From positions 17,970-81,969 of the forward strand of contig JAUCBJ010002200.1 in the NCBI GenBank assembly GCA_032718475.1: a stretch of 64,000 nt of DNA. The letters are read 5' to 3'. This DNA is from Nemertoderma westbladi. Lineage: Eukaryota; Animalia; Xenacoelomorpha. The position numbers and the translations under genes are program-made. The notes below the pieces were generated by a model. The model was not told where the DNA came from. It made no database searches and saw nothing but the letters and a program-made list of their open reading frames with translations. This document shows, piece after piece, positions 27,216 through 39,814 of the stretch; the stretch's first letter is position 1; the number at the start of each line of letters is the position of its first letter.

Positions 27216-27489
27216 GGGTGCTAATATATATATGATAATATATATAATTTGATGTACTAATATGGAAAATGTACAATAAACAAACAGGTGGTCTTTGTCA
27301 ATTTAAGTTTACTATTTCATTGCTAAATATTATGATATATATTAGAATAATAATATGGTTTTTTAAATGAAAAAATAATTAATATTATATGTTTTGTTAA
27401 TTAATATTATAATATATTGTGATTATATTATATCCAAAGATCGCAATGGTATTCTTCCTATAAAATTTCCTCATCTAACAAATTTCTCA

Positions 27490-28545
27490 TTAGTTACATT
27501 CTTGATGATTTCTAATGGTAACTTGATGGTTACTGTGAAACTGATAGATTTCAACTAACATTTTCCAAAAAGCACGAGTTTTATCGGGACTGAAACCATG
27601 CCTAGCTATAAGCTGTAACCAATCGCACTTGATGAACTTATTGTCCTTATCGACAACAGCAACTTGTATGGATGGCAAATTCACAGGCTTTATGCCAATG
27701 CTAAAAGCAAGGATTCCAGCAAAAGCTTCCTCTACAGGAATTATGATTTGTGAGGGAACTTGTGCTAATAAATGAGATACAACGTCTTTAGAAAGCAAGT
27801 AGAATCCTCCAGAGTTATAGGGAGGGTAGAACTTTTGTGGATAATCCTCAACATCTACTTGGTACCTCAACATGTTTTTATCGATGGATCGATATACTGG
27901 AGAATTATAATTTGTATGGCCTCCGTAGAAACCAGTTCGGTTTTTATTCTTTCCTATAAACTCGACTAAATAGAAAGGATTTACAAACATATCTTGATCC
28001 CCAACAATAACGAATCTTGCTTTCTCACAATATCGTTCAGACCAAACCCACGTCATCACAAGTTTTAGAGTTAAATTACGAAAGCTGTCAGTAAAATTAG
28101 CCTGCACTATATCTCCATAGGTGTTGCTCTCTATTTCAATTTCTTTTTGAGATTCGGTATTTATGTAACCCAGTGTAAAAATTGTAACCATATTAGTTCC
28201 ATTGATTCGCTTTGGATTTGCCCAAGTTTCTCTGATCACTTTCCTCTTTTGGAATTCTAATGGTGATGATTTTAGCATAATAAGAACAAGGCCATTCCCA
28301 TTTATTGGTTCTGTAGAATTATAGCAACCATTTGGGTTTCTAATAATGAATTCAATTGTAATATTCGATTCATTACTTTTCTTTACTATAAATTCATCAC
28401 TATTCTTTAGAAGTTTATATATAAACACATAATTTTGAGAAAAACAAAAATAAAATAATGCGTTTATCAGTGTGATAATGAGTATAAACATTAATGTAAT
28501 TCGAAACTTCCCTTTGATGCGGCAATTGTAAGGCAAAATCATCAT
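27490..28545 (-). CDS. Beta-1,3-galactosyltransferase-like glycosyltransferase (GT31), single coding exon
   Basis: N-terminal type II TM anchor; RKVIRETW, E...YGDIVQANFTDSFRNLTLK, DQD (DxD), YPPYNSGGFYLLS, EEA (EDV-equivalent). Confidence 0.93.
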   Translation of the reverse strand: MMILPYNCRIKGKFRITLMFILIITLINALFYFCFSQNYVFIYKLLKNSDEFIVKKSNESNITIEFIIRNPNGCYNSTEPINGNGLVLIMLKSSPLEFQKRKVIRETWANPKRINGTNMVTIFTLGYINTESQKEIEIESNTYGDIVQANFTDSFRNLTLKLVMTWVWSERYCEKARFVIVGDQDMFVNPFYLVEFIGKNKNRTGFYGGHTNYNSPVYRSIDKNMLRYQVDVEDYPQKFYPPYNSGGFYLLSKDVVSHLLAQVPSQIIIPVEEAFAGILAFSIGIKPVNLPSIQVAVVDKDNKFIKCDWLQLIARHGFSPDKTRAFWKMLVEIYQFHSNHQVTIRNHQECN

Positions 28546-28856
28546 TCATTTCTGTAAAAGTGTTATTACTTGATAAATAATCCAATATCACGAGTGAGTA
28601 TAAATGTAAACACTCCAAACTGTGATCTGCATTCAAATAAGTTATGAATGACTCTGTATTGAGTTCAACATAACTTGTTAACTCCTATTAATAATTAGTG
28701 TAACCCTAAGATATAAAATACCATCAAACTATCAACCAATCAAACTCAAATCAAACCATCAAAATAATTGTAAACTATAAGTTGGAATGTTGATGAGAAT
28801 AATAACAAAAATAGTTAACAACTTATCGATATTTTATGACAGATACTACAACAAAT

Positions 28857-30927
28857 CATGGAGTTCTAGAATATTAACTTATACCAGGACTGGAAACTGT
28901 TTATTCGGAAATACCAGTTGAGGCCTACTTTCATATTTTTGCTAGCAGTTATTTATTTTAGTAGTCATCATATCTAAATCGCTACCACTTGAGTTTTTCT
29001 GAACGGATTTTAATAATTTATGTTGCATTAGATGCGCGCAGATTTCTCAGCTTTACTGTTTGTATGTACTATGTATATAAAATAACCTTTATATCTGTTA
29101 ATAATAAAAATAATTTATATTGCGCAAAATTTTCAAGGGAATAATCTAAAATTTGGTAAAACAGGTTAAAAAATTGTTTTACAATATTCGGTTCAGTTAA
29201 AACAATTCCGAATTCAATTAAAACAAGCTCTGGTCTGTACGTATGAATAAGATACGATATAATAAATCATAAGTAACAGTTAAACTACTACAGTAGGAGC
29301 GAAACAAGAGATAGGAGTAGCTACTCTCGGGTAGCAGCTATAACGAAATAGGAGAAGAGGAGCCTTCGGGTCGCCTACGGCCTCTGCTGACTGTTTGCTT
29401 TCATTTAATAATAATTCATGCCCTGGTCTATATGTAGGAGTAAGTTGTGATAAATAATTTAATTTATGAATGAATTATCCTAAAATCCAAAAATGTTAGG
29501 GAGACATTTACTGTATGCGTATATAAAAAAATATGTACGCCCAGAGAGGATAGTGTCAACAATGTATTTTATCCCCACTCCAACCCAAATAATTTCTGCG
29601 CCAGCTGTGGCTTTAGCGTGCTAAGTCTGAATAAACCATGGCGTGTCGTTGAGAGACAGGGGGGGGGGGGGGGGGGGGTAACTCGACGCAAAACCCGCCT
29701 TGGCGAATTAATATCCCGCCTCAATGTTAAATTCTCAATTTAGGGAAAGGAGCAGGTTATACGTTATTTTAACCAAAACAATAAACTAAACACAATAGAA
29801 CTGGTTACAGTTTTATTTTTGAGAGTAATCAGCTGTTATTTGCGTCGAATTTCCCCTGGTATAAAGTAAAAAATATAGGGCAAAAAAAGTAAAAAATATA
29901 AGGCAAAAAAATAATTGCCATTTATTATTCTTTGATATTTTACGAGTGCGTCTCATGTCGGACATTAGAATAACAAAATTATTTGTGACAGTATTATATT
30001 GACATATTGACAGTATTATATACATTGACATATTCCCTCACTTCTCCGGATATTAGCACGTCTTCTTGTTTAATATCGAAATATTGAAGGGGAGATCAAT
30101 TATGAGAGTCAGCAAGAGAGGTGAAACAGCTTCTGCTTTCTTTGAAGTTTCGTACTGTACTCTTAACTACTGTAGTGCTCCAGCGAGGGGTATGTAGTAG
30201 ATTGTGTTGGAATCGGCAGATGTTATGCGTGGTGGATTAATAAATGCTCGTCTGCAATGTTATTCGATGTTTGCGTGTTGTCTGTTGTTATAATAATAAT
30301 AATAATATTTATAAAGTGCCTTTCTAAGCACTATTTCAAGGCGCTGTGAATGTTATACAGTACATTGTGTAGTTGAGCTCAAGATTTGTTAACTACAGAG
30401 CTAGTACAAAAATGCTAGCTACCATGTCTCCAAAGCGTAACTGTTTGATGTAAAACTTCTCTTAGTAAAGAAAAAAATGATATTTAAAATTTTGAAAAAT
30501 AGCTATTTTTATAGAAATGTTCTAGAACAAAAAACATTTGTTCTAGAACAAAGTTTTTATAGTTAAATAGCTAACATATTCTAGAACATTTATAAAAATA
30601 GCAAAAACTAGATAAATATAACAAATTTGGCATGGTAGGTATATACGCTTCGAGGCAATCGAAAGTCGAAACAGTACCCACTGCACTTGTTCACCATTAT
30701 TAAAGAGCTGATACTCCCGTCGTACAGGTAAACAGAACTATAAATATCACGTCGCATACACACACTCAATTATTATGTAGCTGCACCATGTGAGGAAATA
30801 CAATAAATAGCTAATTAGTATTGGCAGTAATTAACAAGTATAGGCCTCAACTGGTATTTTTATTTTGCCTATAGCTACCTAGTTTGCAGTCCTGGTCCTG
30901 GTAAAAATAACATTCTAGAAGTCCATG
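28857..30927. mobile_element. Inverted-repeat-bounded ~2.1-kb segment (foldback/TIR relic)
   Basis: catgga.ttctagaat...accaggactg.aaact...aataccagttgaggccta (28857-28927) is inverted at 30841-30927. Confidence 0.5.
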
Positions 30928-31989
30928 GTGGTCCATGTCATCAGAAAATGACACTATATTACAATAATTTTTATGAGCTGAAAGTTGAAAGTTAAATGTT
31001 TATGTGAGAACCGGGACTAAGGTAACAGGACTAACGCGATTCATAACATTCTGACATTGACAATTCGAAAGTGGAAAGTGCATACCGCATACCGGTAGTC
31101 AATATAGGCAGACGCAGACAGACATTACGTTTATAACGAACCTGCCTATTAATAGGCCAGGGTAGTTCTTGTCAAGAGTTGAGCCATTCAAAAACACAAT
31201 GTGGTTGTGTGTGTATGTATAACTATCCAATATCTCAAAAACTCAAGCAGGTACGCAAAAATTTTAATAACAAACTCTACATAAATTTTGGTTGCGCACA
31301 AGACTGTATATTTTTGTGGCGTTTTGATCACGGGGTCACTGAAAAATAGCGGTTTTGAAAATTTAAAGTCGAATTTCACCGATTTCAATTCGTCGAGTAT
31401 GCACCAACTTTTTTATTTGGGCTATTCAATCATTTGAGCAACATATTTGAGACTCAGAATCTTTTCAAATATCGCCAATCTCGCACAGAACGTCGCCAAA
31501 ATTTATTAGTCCGGGAAAAAAACGCACAAATTCGTCTAAAAGAGTAAATTATTGGTTGCAGAATAATATGATTCAACTAGAAAAGCCAGCACGCTGGCTG
31601 CTATAAGGAGACCGCCCATAGACAAACGTAGTGTAGCTGGGTCCCCTCCTCACCTCATACATTATCATCAACCTATAAAACATTTGAACGGCCCAGTGTT
31701 AAAATTCAATCAGCTGGCCTCCCACTTAACATAGAGTAGCAGTGAGAGTGAGTAACCTTATAGATATTCCCATAGGATTCACTGGGAAGAGCTATTCTGC
31801 TGTCGGGGTAATACATTTTACAAACTAACAGTTGATGTTTGATTACTGCTTGGGCACTGGGATAGAGCGAGTTATAAATTTAGCAAGTAATATACAGTAC
31901 CGGTACTTCTGTGATGGCGGTTGTAGTTCACCTGTAGTTCATTGCACTTTGGGTCAAAGGAGGTATGATAGATGGGAAGGGCCTCTTGA

Positions 31990-32460
31990 TGTTGTGACTG
32001 CATAGGAGCTTGGCAGGGGATCTGCTACCATAGCGCAGGGTGTCCCCTGGGCAATTCCATAATTGGTCATGAGGAGTTTTTTTCATGGCATTAACGGCAA
32101 CCTCAGCACAGCATTGGTGTGAACCAGGTAGGGACTGGAGGGCTTGAGCTGGATCCCCCACTGGTGGAGGAACTGGCAAATCTTGTCAGAGACGAATTGG
32201 GGGCCACCAGCAGGGTGGAGGATTGTGGGGACAGAGGTGGCAAGGAAGAGATGGTGGAGTCAGTTAGTGATTGCGCGAGACATTGTGTCAGAATTGAGGC
32301 GGTTCAGCGTGGGCTAGCCAGTGAACTCATCAGTAACTACCAGGTATTTGATAGCGCCAACCTGGATGAGGTTGGTATGTGTGCGCTGGAAGGGCCTCGT
32401 GGCTTCCAGGTTGTGTTAGAGGGGCATAGAAAGGTAGGTTGGTCTGGCACGAATGGTATC
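31990..32460 (-). pseudogene. Decayed Ty3/Gypsy integrase core fragment
   Basis: Minus-strand translation RPFQRTH..YLVVTDEFTG*P..GGPQFVS..FLHQWGI..SSPY..N / AEVAVNAMKK, with stops and a frameshift. Confidence 0.85.
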
Positions 32461-35038
32461 AGTTTGGGATTGTTATCCGATTTAAATTTATACATAAAGA
32501 AGCAACTTTATCCACAACCTGGGGCAGAAAATTTCAGAAATAAATGGTTCAACCTTATAGATAACCAAGTTAGAGTTTCATGTTTCTCCCGTGTTGATCG
32601 AGAGGATGGCCCTTGGCTAATCAAACTTCAGATTCCCAAAGCATCAAATCGACCGGTCAAAGATGACAGCAGCCCCAAGCGGCACCGGTTGGCGTGTCAC
32701 AAGCCTGAAAAGGACTTGGGCACATTGACACTAGGCGCCGCGAGGGAATGGAGGGAGCGGACGAGGATGAGTTCATTCCCTTCTGGGAAATGCTCAAGAG
32801 GGGAATCTATTGAACTGGATGCTTAATCTATGACAACGAGGGGAAGTCATCATCATTATCCAAGAAAGACACGTTGTTGCATTGCAAGGAGTTTCTAGAT
32901 GGCAATCGAATGTTGCTTGAACATTATGGCGATCTCCAGGCTCACAGTGCAACGTATTAAAGTGATTACCGAGATTCTGTTGTTTCGTAAACGATAAGAG
33001 GGAAAAACCCTAGATGAACGGTCATCATAGTTCTCAGTAACTTCGATGGATTGGTGTTAGTTTGTCAGATATGTCCCCCCTGATTCGATTCGGATCCCTG
33101 CAGAGCGATATTGATGTTACCGAAGTGTGTCTGCAAACTGATCCTGGATGATCTGGTCACCAAGATCGGGTCAAATATTAAGACGGATCTGCTGACTGAC
33201 TATGACGGAGCTCCTACCCAATGAGAGCTTATAAAGGATATAGAGATGCTTGATAACTTCATTGACACCCAAGATGTTGTTGTCGCGTGGTTGCGCCGAG
33301 GTAACTGCATGCAAACGTTTAAAGATATTAAACCGGGGAGAACTAGTCTCGGATATCTGGCGTTACTGCTTTACGGTATCGACTTTAAACCAGCTTCCTT
33401 TAAGAACTGTACAAGAGATTATCTATACCCTCCTCAGTGGATCGACTCTACATAAGATCCTCGATGGAAGGAGGTCGACTGCTCCTGGGATTTATATAAG
33501 ACATGGGAAAAACCTACCATCTACCACTACATCTATGTGATGATGGTGTTGCTGATGGTTGTGAGGTTTATGTGCAAAACGCTAAAAACTCTAATCTATA
33601 TACAACCCACTTTATAATAGAAGTTTGGATGGAACGTCGTTATGGAACACGCCTTCCTACCCATCGCCGATATAGTCCCCAAGGAGGTACATAAGGGTCT
33701 ACCATTCGATATCTGGACTCGCCACGGATTGAGGGATATTGGAACAATGGAGGATCGGTTGAAGCCTATGGTTCTGGAGACTTCAATGGACGATGAGGAC
33801 GTTCTTCCAGACATCGAATCAAGAAACGGAAATCCTCCCCGATAGTGCTTAACATCCCAAGGCCCAAACGAATGGTGGCGAGCGAGCCTGAAAAGGATTC
33901 GAGCACCATTGTTCTGCTTGGGCTGAGGAGCCCTGCGATCGAGTCAGACGACAAGAAGGCTTTCCGAAGCTTCGGCAACAGTGCGTCGTCTTGTCTCCCT
34001 ATCGGTTTCCTGGATGAGAGGAGTGGGACATGGAGATATCTTGCGGCTCCGATTGGTGCACTACTTCCAACCAACTTACGTCACGCGGGATAATGGTTCA
34101 CACATCTCCTTTCATCGCCACGCCGCCTGAAGAACTTCCGGACTTAAAGCAGGTGGTTGCACTATGGCCCGATGGTGGCATCTAATGGCTGGAGGTTACG
34201 CAAATAACGCCGGAGGTTATGCGAATAGCGACGCAGGTTACTCAGGATCCTATGAGAGTGACTCGATGGTATCTGGAACAGACTAAGTGGGTTAGCCAAC
34301 AAACCAACTACATACAGCAATGCCCGGCTGGCTATCAACATGGCTTCCATATAGAATATGCGGACCAGACACCTCTACATGAAACACATATCAAGCATTC
34401 CGTTCCATAAGGAATATAAGAAACTACGTTTTCAGGAGGGAGATCAACTACCCATATACTACGGGACTCCAGAAACTTGGGATGTTTGTAGTAAATGTGG
34501 ATCGGAACAATGCCCGTGTTATGCCGAAGGTTTACATGAACTCTGTCAGGCCAAAATGGGTATGTTATACTGTATATATTGCGCCAAACCAGGACACGAT
34601 ACCTGAGTGTGTTCATCACTTTGTTCCATATATCACATATGTGGATTCCGTGGACACCATTCTGATAGAAAAGGAAACATCAAGTGTCCGGCTAAAGATA
34701 AGTTAGCAACCTCCAATATGTTGATGTTTGAAACATTTGCCAACTCACACATCAAAGTGAGGGGACGTTATAGCCAAACCAAGGACGGCCGGGAGATGTC
34801 AAAGGGATATTTCACCTTCCTGGAAACCCTTGCTACCAGAGAACAGCTATCCTTCAAATACAAGGACCTCATTCTCTCAGCCACGATGTTCGGTCCTACC
34901 GAGGTTATTTGTCGCTTGTATTCCTATGATGAAGATGCCGGAGACGTGAAGTGGCTCCTGATCACTAGGGAAGGGGAGATAGACAGACGTTATGAGCTCG
35001 AATACGGTGAGCCCAAGTTGAACCACGTCGCTAAATGA
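32461..35038 (+). pseudogene. Divergent decayed homolog of BEL/Pao ORF3 (exonuclease-like plus Zn knuckles)
   Basis: Across frameshifts: LIYDNEG (~32829), LPKCVCKLILDDLVTKIGSNIKTD (~33115-33190), FIDTQ, SLGYLALLLYGIDFK, then CSKC...CIYCAKPGH..VC..ICGFRGH, collinear with E2 ORF3 motifs. Start boundary approximate. Confidence 0.8.
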
Positions 35039-35187
35039 CAGGCCATGATGTCATTGGCTACGGCAGCGCTTGATACTCCTCTAGCAGTGGTTAGCATCAA
35101 TTAGGATCTAAGGAGAAAGTAACGGAAGTCAAACAAGGTGTTGAGAGAGGCTAGGGCATCGAACTCTAGGAAAGAGGAAAAAAATCA

Positions 35188-36241
35188 GTAGAGGTGGGGT
35201 TCGTGGCACACTGCTGATGAGGAGAACCACGAATCCCAGGGTTCAGTGTTTAAATCTCCGAAACCCATTTATTTTTATAAAATTTATTACTTAGACTTAC
35301 CTTTTCGGCGGACAAAATGTCCTATATTTTTCGTAATTTATGGGATAGCCTATTTCGTGCAATATTTACCGGAACCTGTAGTTACTGTATGGTTTGGTGC
35401 AATTTTTCTTGTGGTAGTTGGGTTGGGTTATGTAGCACTAAAATCGATTTGGTATTTTGTGTTTTTTGATGGGCCTAGTGCCTGAGTACTAACAGTGGTC
35501 CAAGTGGCCCTAAATGCTAGGTAGTATCTGAGGGAATAGACCCCATGTCCTATTTTATTGTTTTAATATTAATATTACAATCCCTCTAAAGTCGTGGTTG
35601 TCAACATCATATAATTATATATTTAAAGGGGTATTTTCTGACATCTGCGCAATTTTGTTTAAAAATCTGATCATATATCTGTACGTACATACCGGTAGGT
35701 GCTAATTGGGGTTGGTTGCATTCAGTTGGGAAATCATGTTTATGCATTTGGGGCTGATGGTAACATATATTGGGGGTGGGTGGTTTCAACTCTGTTCGGT
35801 GGTACGGTAGGATTTCTAATTTATTGGTCATTGTCTTAATTTAGTGGTGCAGTTTTGTTAGGGTAGAGGTGGGGTTCGTGGCACACTGCTGATGAGGAGA
35901 ACCACGAATCCCAGGGTTCAGTGTTTAAATCTCCGAAACCCATTTATTTTTATAAAATTTATTACTTAGACTTACCTTTTCGGCGGACAAAATGTCCTAT
36001 ATTTTTCGTAATTTATGGGATAGCCTATTTCGTGCAATACTTACCGGAACCTGTAGTTACTGTATGGTTTGGTGCAATTTTTCTTGTGGTAGTTGGGTTG
36101 GGTTATGTAGCACTAAAATCGATTTGGTATTTTGTGTTTTTTGATGGGCCTAGTGCCTGAGTACTAACAGTGGTCCAAGTGGCCCTAAATGCTAGGTAGT
36201 ATCTGAGGGAATAGACCCCATGTCCTATTTTATTGTTTTAA
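35188..36241 (+). mobile_element. Partial tandem (378-bp direct repeats, 676-bp period) with hammerhead-like motif; Penelope pLTR/retrozyme-like
   Basis: 35188-35565 nearly identical to 35864-36241; each has CTGATGA...GAAAC; third copy with inverted part at 59402-59955. Confidence 0.6.
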
Positions 36242-36296
36242 GAAATAAGTAGGCCTACTACTGGCTTCAGGTAGAGTTCCTGATTTTGTCAGCTTA

Positions 36297-36630
36297 TCAC
36301 GAGCCTGAAAGGGACTCGGGGTATGCTGACACCTGACGCTGCGCTAGTAAGGGGCAGCTGAAAATGGACAGCCAACAATGGACAGCCGAACATACATAGC
36401 AATGACTGCCAGTTGGTGTATCACGAGCCTGCAAAGGACTCGGGGTGCGCTGACACAAGGTGCCATAAGGTAAGGAACAGTCGAACGTACCAAGCGATGA
36501 ATGCCAGTTGGTGTATAACGAGCCTGTAAAGGACTCGGGGTGCGCTGACACAAGCAGCCGCAAGGTAAGGGACAAGGACTGCCAAAACTGAGTGGTCCGT
36601 CTGCTGGTTGGCGTAGATACGAGCCTGAAA
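36297..36630. repeat. Degenerate ~100-120-bp tandem repeat
   Basis: cgagcctg.aa.ggactcgggg..gctgacac recurs at ~36300, 36423, 36518 and partially 36620. Confidence 0.7.
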
Positions 36631-37884
36631 ATGGGGTCGGATTATGTTCAAGTCGGGTCGGTGTCTGTCGATTTCTGGCCATTGGGTAGGTGAGGAACTG
36701 CAGCGATAAACTGTAGTAGACTCCGTCTAGCCGATAGTCAGTAGACCGTTTGGGAACCACTCGCCCCTTGCAATTCCTTTATAGGGTTGGTCCTAAGGCA
36801 AGTCAAGCAGCTTAGCTCGGGGTCTGTCAGAACCTTGTAGGCTCGTATCTATGGTTAGGAATTGACGGCAACAGCAGTGCTTGGTGGTCTCTCGAGTTCC
36901 GCAGACATCCCCTCTGGACGGACCACTCCCTTTCCACCGAGTTCACGAACCTCCTTCATCCATTTGTCAAATGATAATTAGTGTAGCAGTATCCCGAATT
37001 TTCTCTCCAAGTCCCTTGGTGAAGTAATGAAGCTGACTCTATATCTTTGTCTATCAACGGCGTCCCATAGGACCTGTGCTTTCTTTGGCACCAATCAATA
37101 GTCTGGAACGATGGTGGTACAGCTCAAGCGAAAATAGTAACAAAATAATATGGAGGATGGCTCAGATCTTAGAATTTACACGAATTGCTATATTTTATTC
37201 GAAAGGTAACAGATAAAATGATACCCTCACTAAGAATAATTAATCATAATTATGTTATAATTGATATTAACTCAGTAAAATAAAATAAAGGCCAACGATT
37301 AATCAAAATCAGAAGGGGTGTAAACGCTACTGCTACAGCCTAAAACTCTCGTTTATTGTTTTGGTATGTATGAATAGTTCACTGGTGTGGGGTGCTTAGA
37401 AGGGGAAAGGAGTAAGACTGCTTTACTCTACTGTTATGAGGTCAGTTAGTCTTGGGTTAATGAACCTGACTGATACTAGCCTACACTCTGTTGTTTTCGG
37501 ATTTAAGTGACAAATTTTAGATTTAAGTAACACAATTCAGATTTAAGTGGCACATTTCGTATTTAAGTGACACATTTATTGTGACACACATATTATTGGT
37601 TATCTTCCAAAAGGAAACAATATTATAATAAATTCGTTTTATGAATTATATAATTCTTATTATTATTAAAAGTGTAATAGAGCATCAGATTACTGATATA
37701 AAAAGACTGCGATGTTTACTAAATATCTATTTGCGCTCTTTACAGTAACGCGCTCGACAGTAACATGGATATTGAGTTTACGAAAATGCTATTGGTCGCC
37801 ATTTCTATAGTTACAGAAATGGTTATGGATGTGTCAGCTGTTACATGTATGGCGAGACACAGCATGGTTACTTCATGCATGGCT

Positions 37885-38250
37885 AAGTTCAGGGGTCCCC
37901 CAAGGGACTATCGTAGGTTTATAATTTTTCCTGGGCCAGATAAATGACGCTACGGAGCAAATTAAAGAACGCCTTAAGTTTGTAGATGACTTGTCAGTGT
38001 ATGAGATTTTACAAATTCAATTGACCAGCTATTTGACTCAAATATACAACACTACACGGATATACTCATAGAATGGGAAAACGATAGTAACATGAAACTC
38101 AATCCAGTGAAATGTAAACAAATGGCCTTCTACAAAGCAAAACGACCAATTGTACTTCCACAAGTCAATATTAGTGGAACAAATGTGGGAGTATAGTTGA
38201 CAATGTAAAACTTCTCGGTGTTACAATATCCGCCGAACTCAAATGGAATA
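37885..38250 (+). mobile_element. Non-LTR retrotransposon RT fragment (CR1/L2-group-like)
   Basis: SGVPQGT...INDA...KFVDDLSVYE...MKLNPVKCK...KLLGVTI. Confidence 0.85.
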
Positions 38251-39196
38251 TCATATTATTATTAACTCATATTATGAATATGATTAGTCTAAAGCAGAGC
38301 TATCATTTTATGACTATCTATATGCTGAGCTGACTGACTAAGTTTTTGCCGCGAATATTTGTATTTGGTTGGGCTCAGCCTCACTAACACTTAATATAAT
38401 AGTACACTCTTGTGCCCATATACTAATTAGAAACTGGTCAATAATTATTATAATAATATTATCCCAGCGCTCAAGCGTCGATGTCAGGTCTAGGTATTGT
38501 TACAAATTGAGATTAAGCTTACCGCCGTGAATGACCTGTTTATATATTCGACAGGCAATTTAGAAACTCTTAGTAAATCCAATTTAACTCAGAGTGTTTA
38601 CAAAAACTACAGCTATTGTTACTTCGTTCTATTTTTCAATTTGCAATTTATTTATCAAATCAATCCATTATATCAAATCGGCGTAGGTTATGGTACAAAA
38701 ATATTAGTTTCTCTCCACCATCCGAAAGTAGACGAGAGCGGTTCTCATCAAATACATTATCAGCCTCGCAGCCTCTACAAATATTCGCTCGTAATAAATT
38801 GAAGACGCTGGTGATACTAAATATATGTACAAGTATTTGTAAATTAGGAAACGCTCTTCTCGTCCCGTTTAGTTGGGATAATTGACATATACTTATACTT
38901 ACTAATCTACTTCTGAATTCATAATATTAGTAAAGTCAAAGTGACCTTGCTGATCATGATCCAGCACGTTATCTATCAATGCAGGACCTAACGCCCAAAG
39001 GACCAAATGACGTGGTACCCTCCCTCCCTCCAGTTCTGTTCATGCATAAAGGTACCATGTAGCTGATTCAGGGAAAAAAGTGGTAATATATTAAAAATCC
39101 GGCTTTGGCCGGAATTCCGACCGTATTTTTTTTTTACAAATCCGGCTCCGGCTCCGGCCTGGCCGGTTTGAAAATAGTCAATCCGGCACATCCCTA

Positions 39197-39419
39197 TTAC
39201 ATATATTAAAAAAATTCAAAGCATCGCGGAAAGACATGGTAGCCATATACATCTCTCATATTCGGACCGTTCTAGAATATTGCGGCGCTGTTTGGCATTC
39301 TAGTATCACCAAGCAACTCTCCGACGCCCTAGAAAGAGTACAGAAAAGAGCGATGCGAATCATCTTCGGTATCCATTATAATAGTCATGATCAGGCACTA
39401 CAGTCCGAGGGGTTACCTA
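39197..39419 (+). mobile_element. Continuation of the same LINE RT
   Basis: YISHIRTVLEYCGAVWHSSITKQLSDALERVQKRAMRIIFG...EGLP, cut by the hAT insertion. Confidence 0.85.
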
Positions 39420-39814
39420 TAGGGATGTTGCGAATGTCATCGCAACAGCGATGATGATTTTGGGAAATCCCAAAATAAGGGCCCATTCATAAATGCTAGA
39501 TCACCTTGAATTTTGACCAACACCCCCCCCCCCCCCCTCCCCTCACAGCCTCATGCGCAAAATATTTTTTAGAAAAAGGCTTAAAAGAAACAAATATAAT
39601 GGCACAATTAATCGTAATAATACTGTAAAGGTTGTGATAAGGCCGTACACAATATATTTATTTCAACTTTTTACTTTTTACCGCGAAGTTTCGATTTAGT
39701 TATAGTTGTTGCAAAGGCTTCAACATGTAGAGCTTCCTTCAATTATAACAGATGGTTCAAATTCCTTGGTCCAACACCTGTTTAATTTAATCAGGAGAAA
39801 TGCCTCCAAATGTT

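Noticed and set aside
29358-29386. Small GC-rich branched hairpin as an ncRNA
   Set aside because: Too short, single copy, no recognisable ribozyme or tRNA core.
32119-32826. 235-aa plus-strand ORF as a real gene
   Set aside because: Chimeric: first half is the antisense of a Gypsy integrase relic, second half belongs to the ORF3-like relic.
35168-35187. Purine tract as PPT making the 378-bp repeat the 3' LTR of the ORF3-like relic
   Set aside because: No TG...CA ends, no upstream partner LTR, and the 59.4-kb copy has a different, inverted architecture.
35246-36160. Duplicated 79-aa hydrophobic ORF
   Set aside because: Non-ATG start, T-rich repeat sequence, frameshifted in the 59.6-kb copy.
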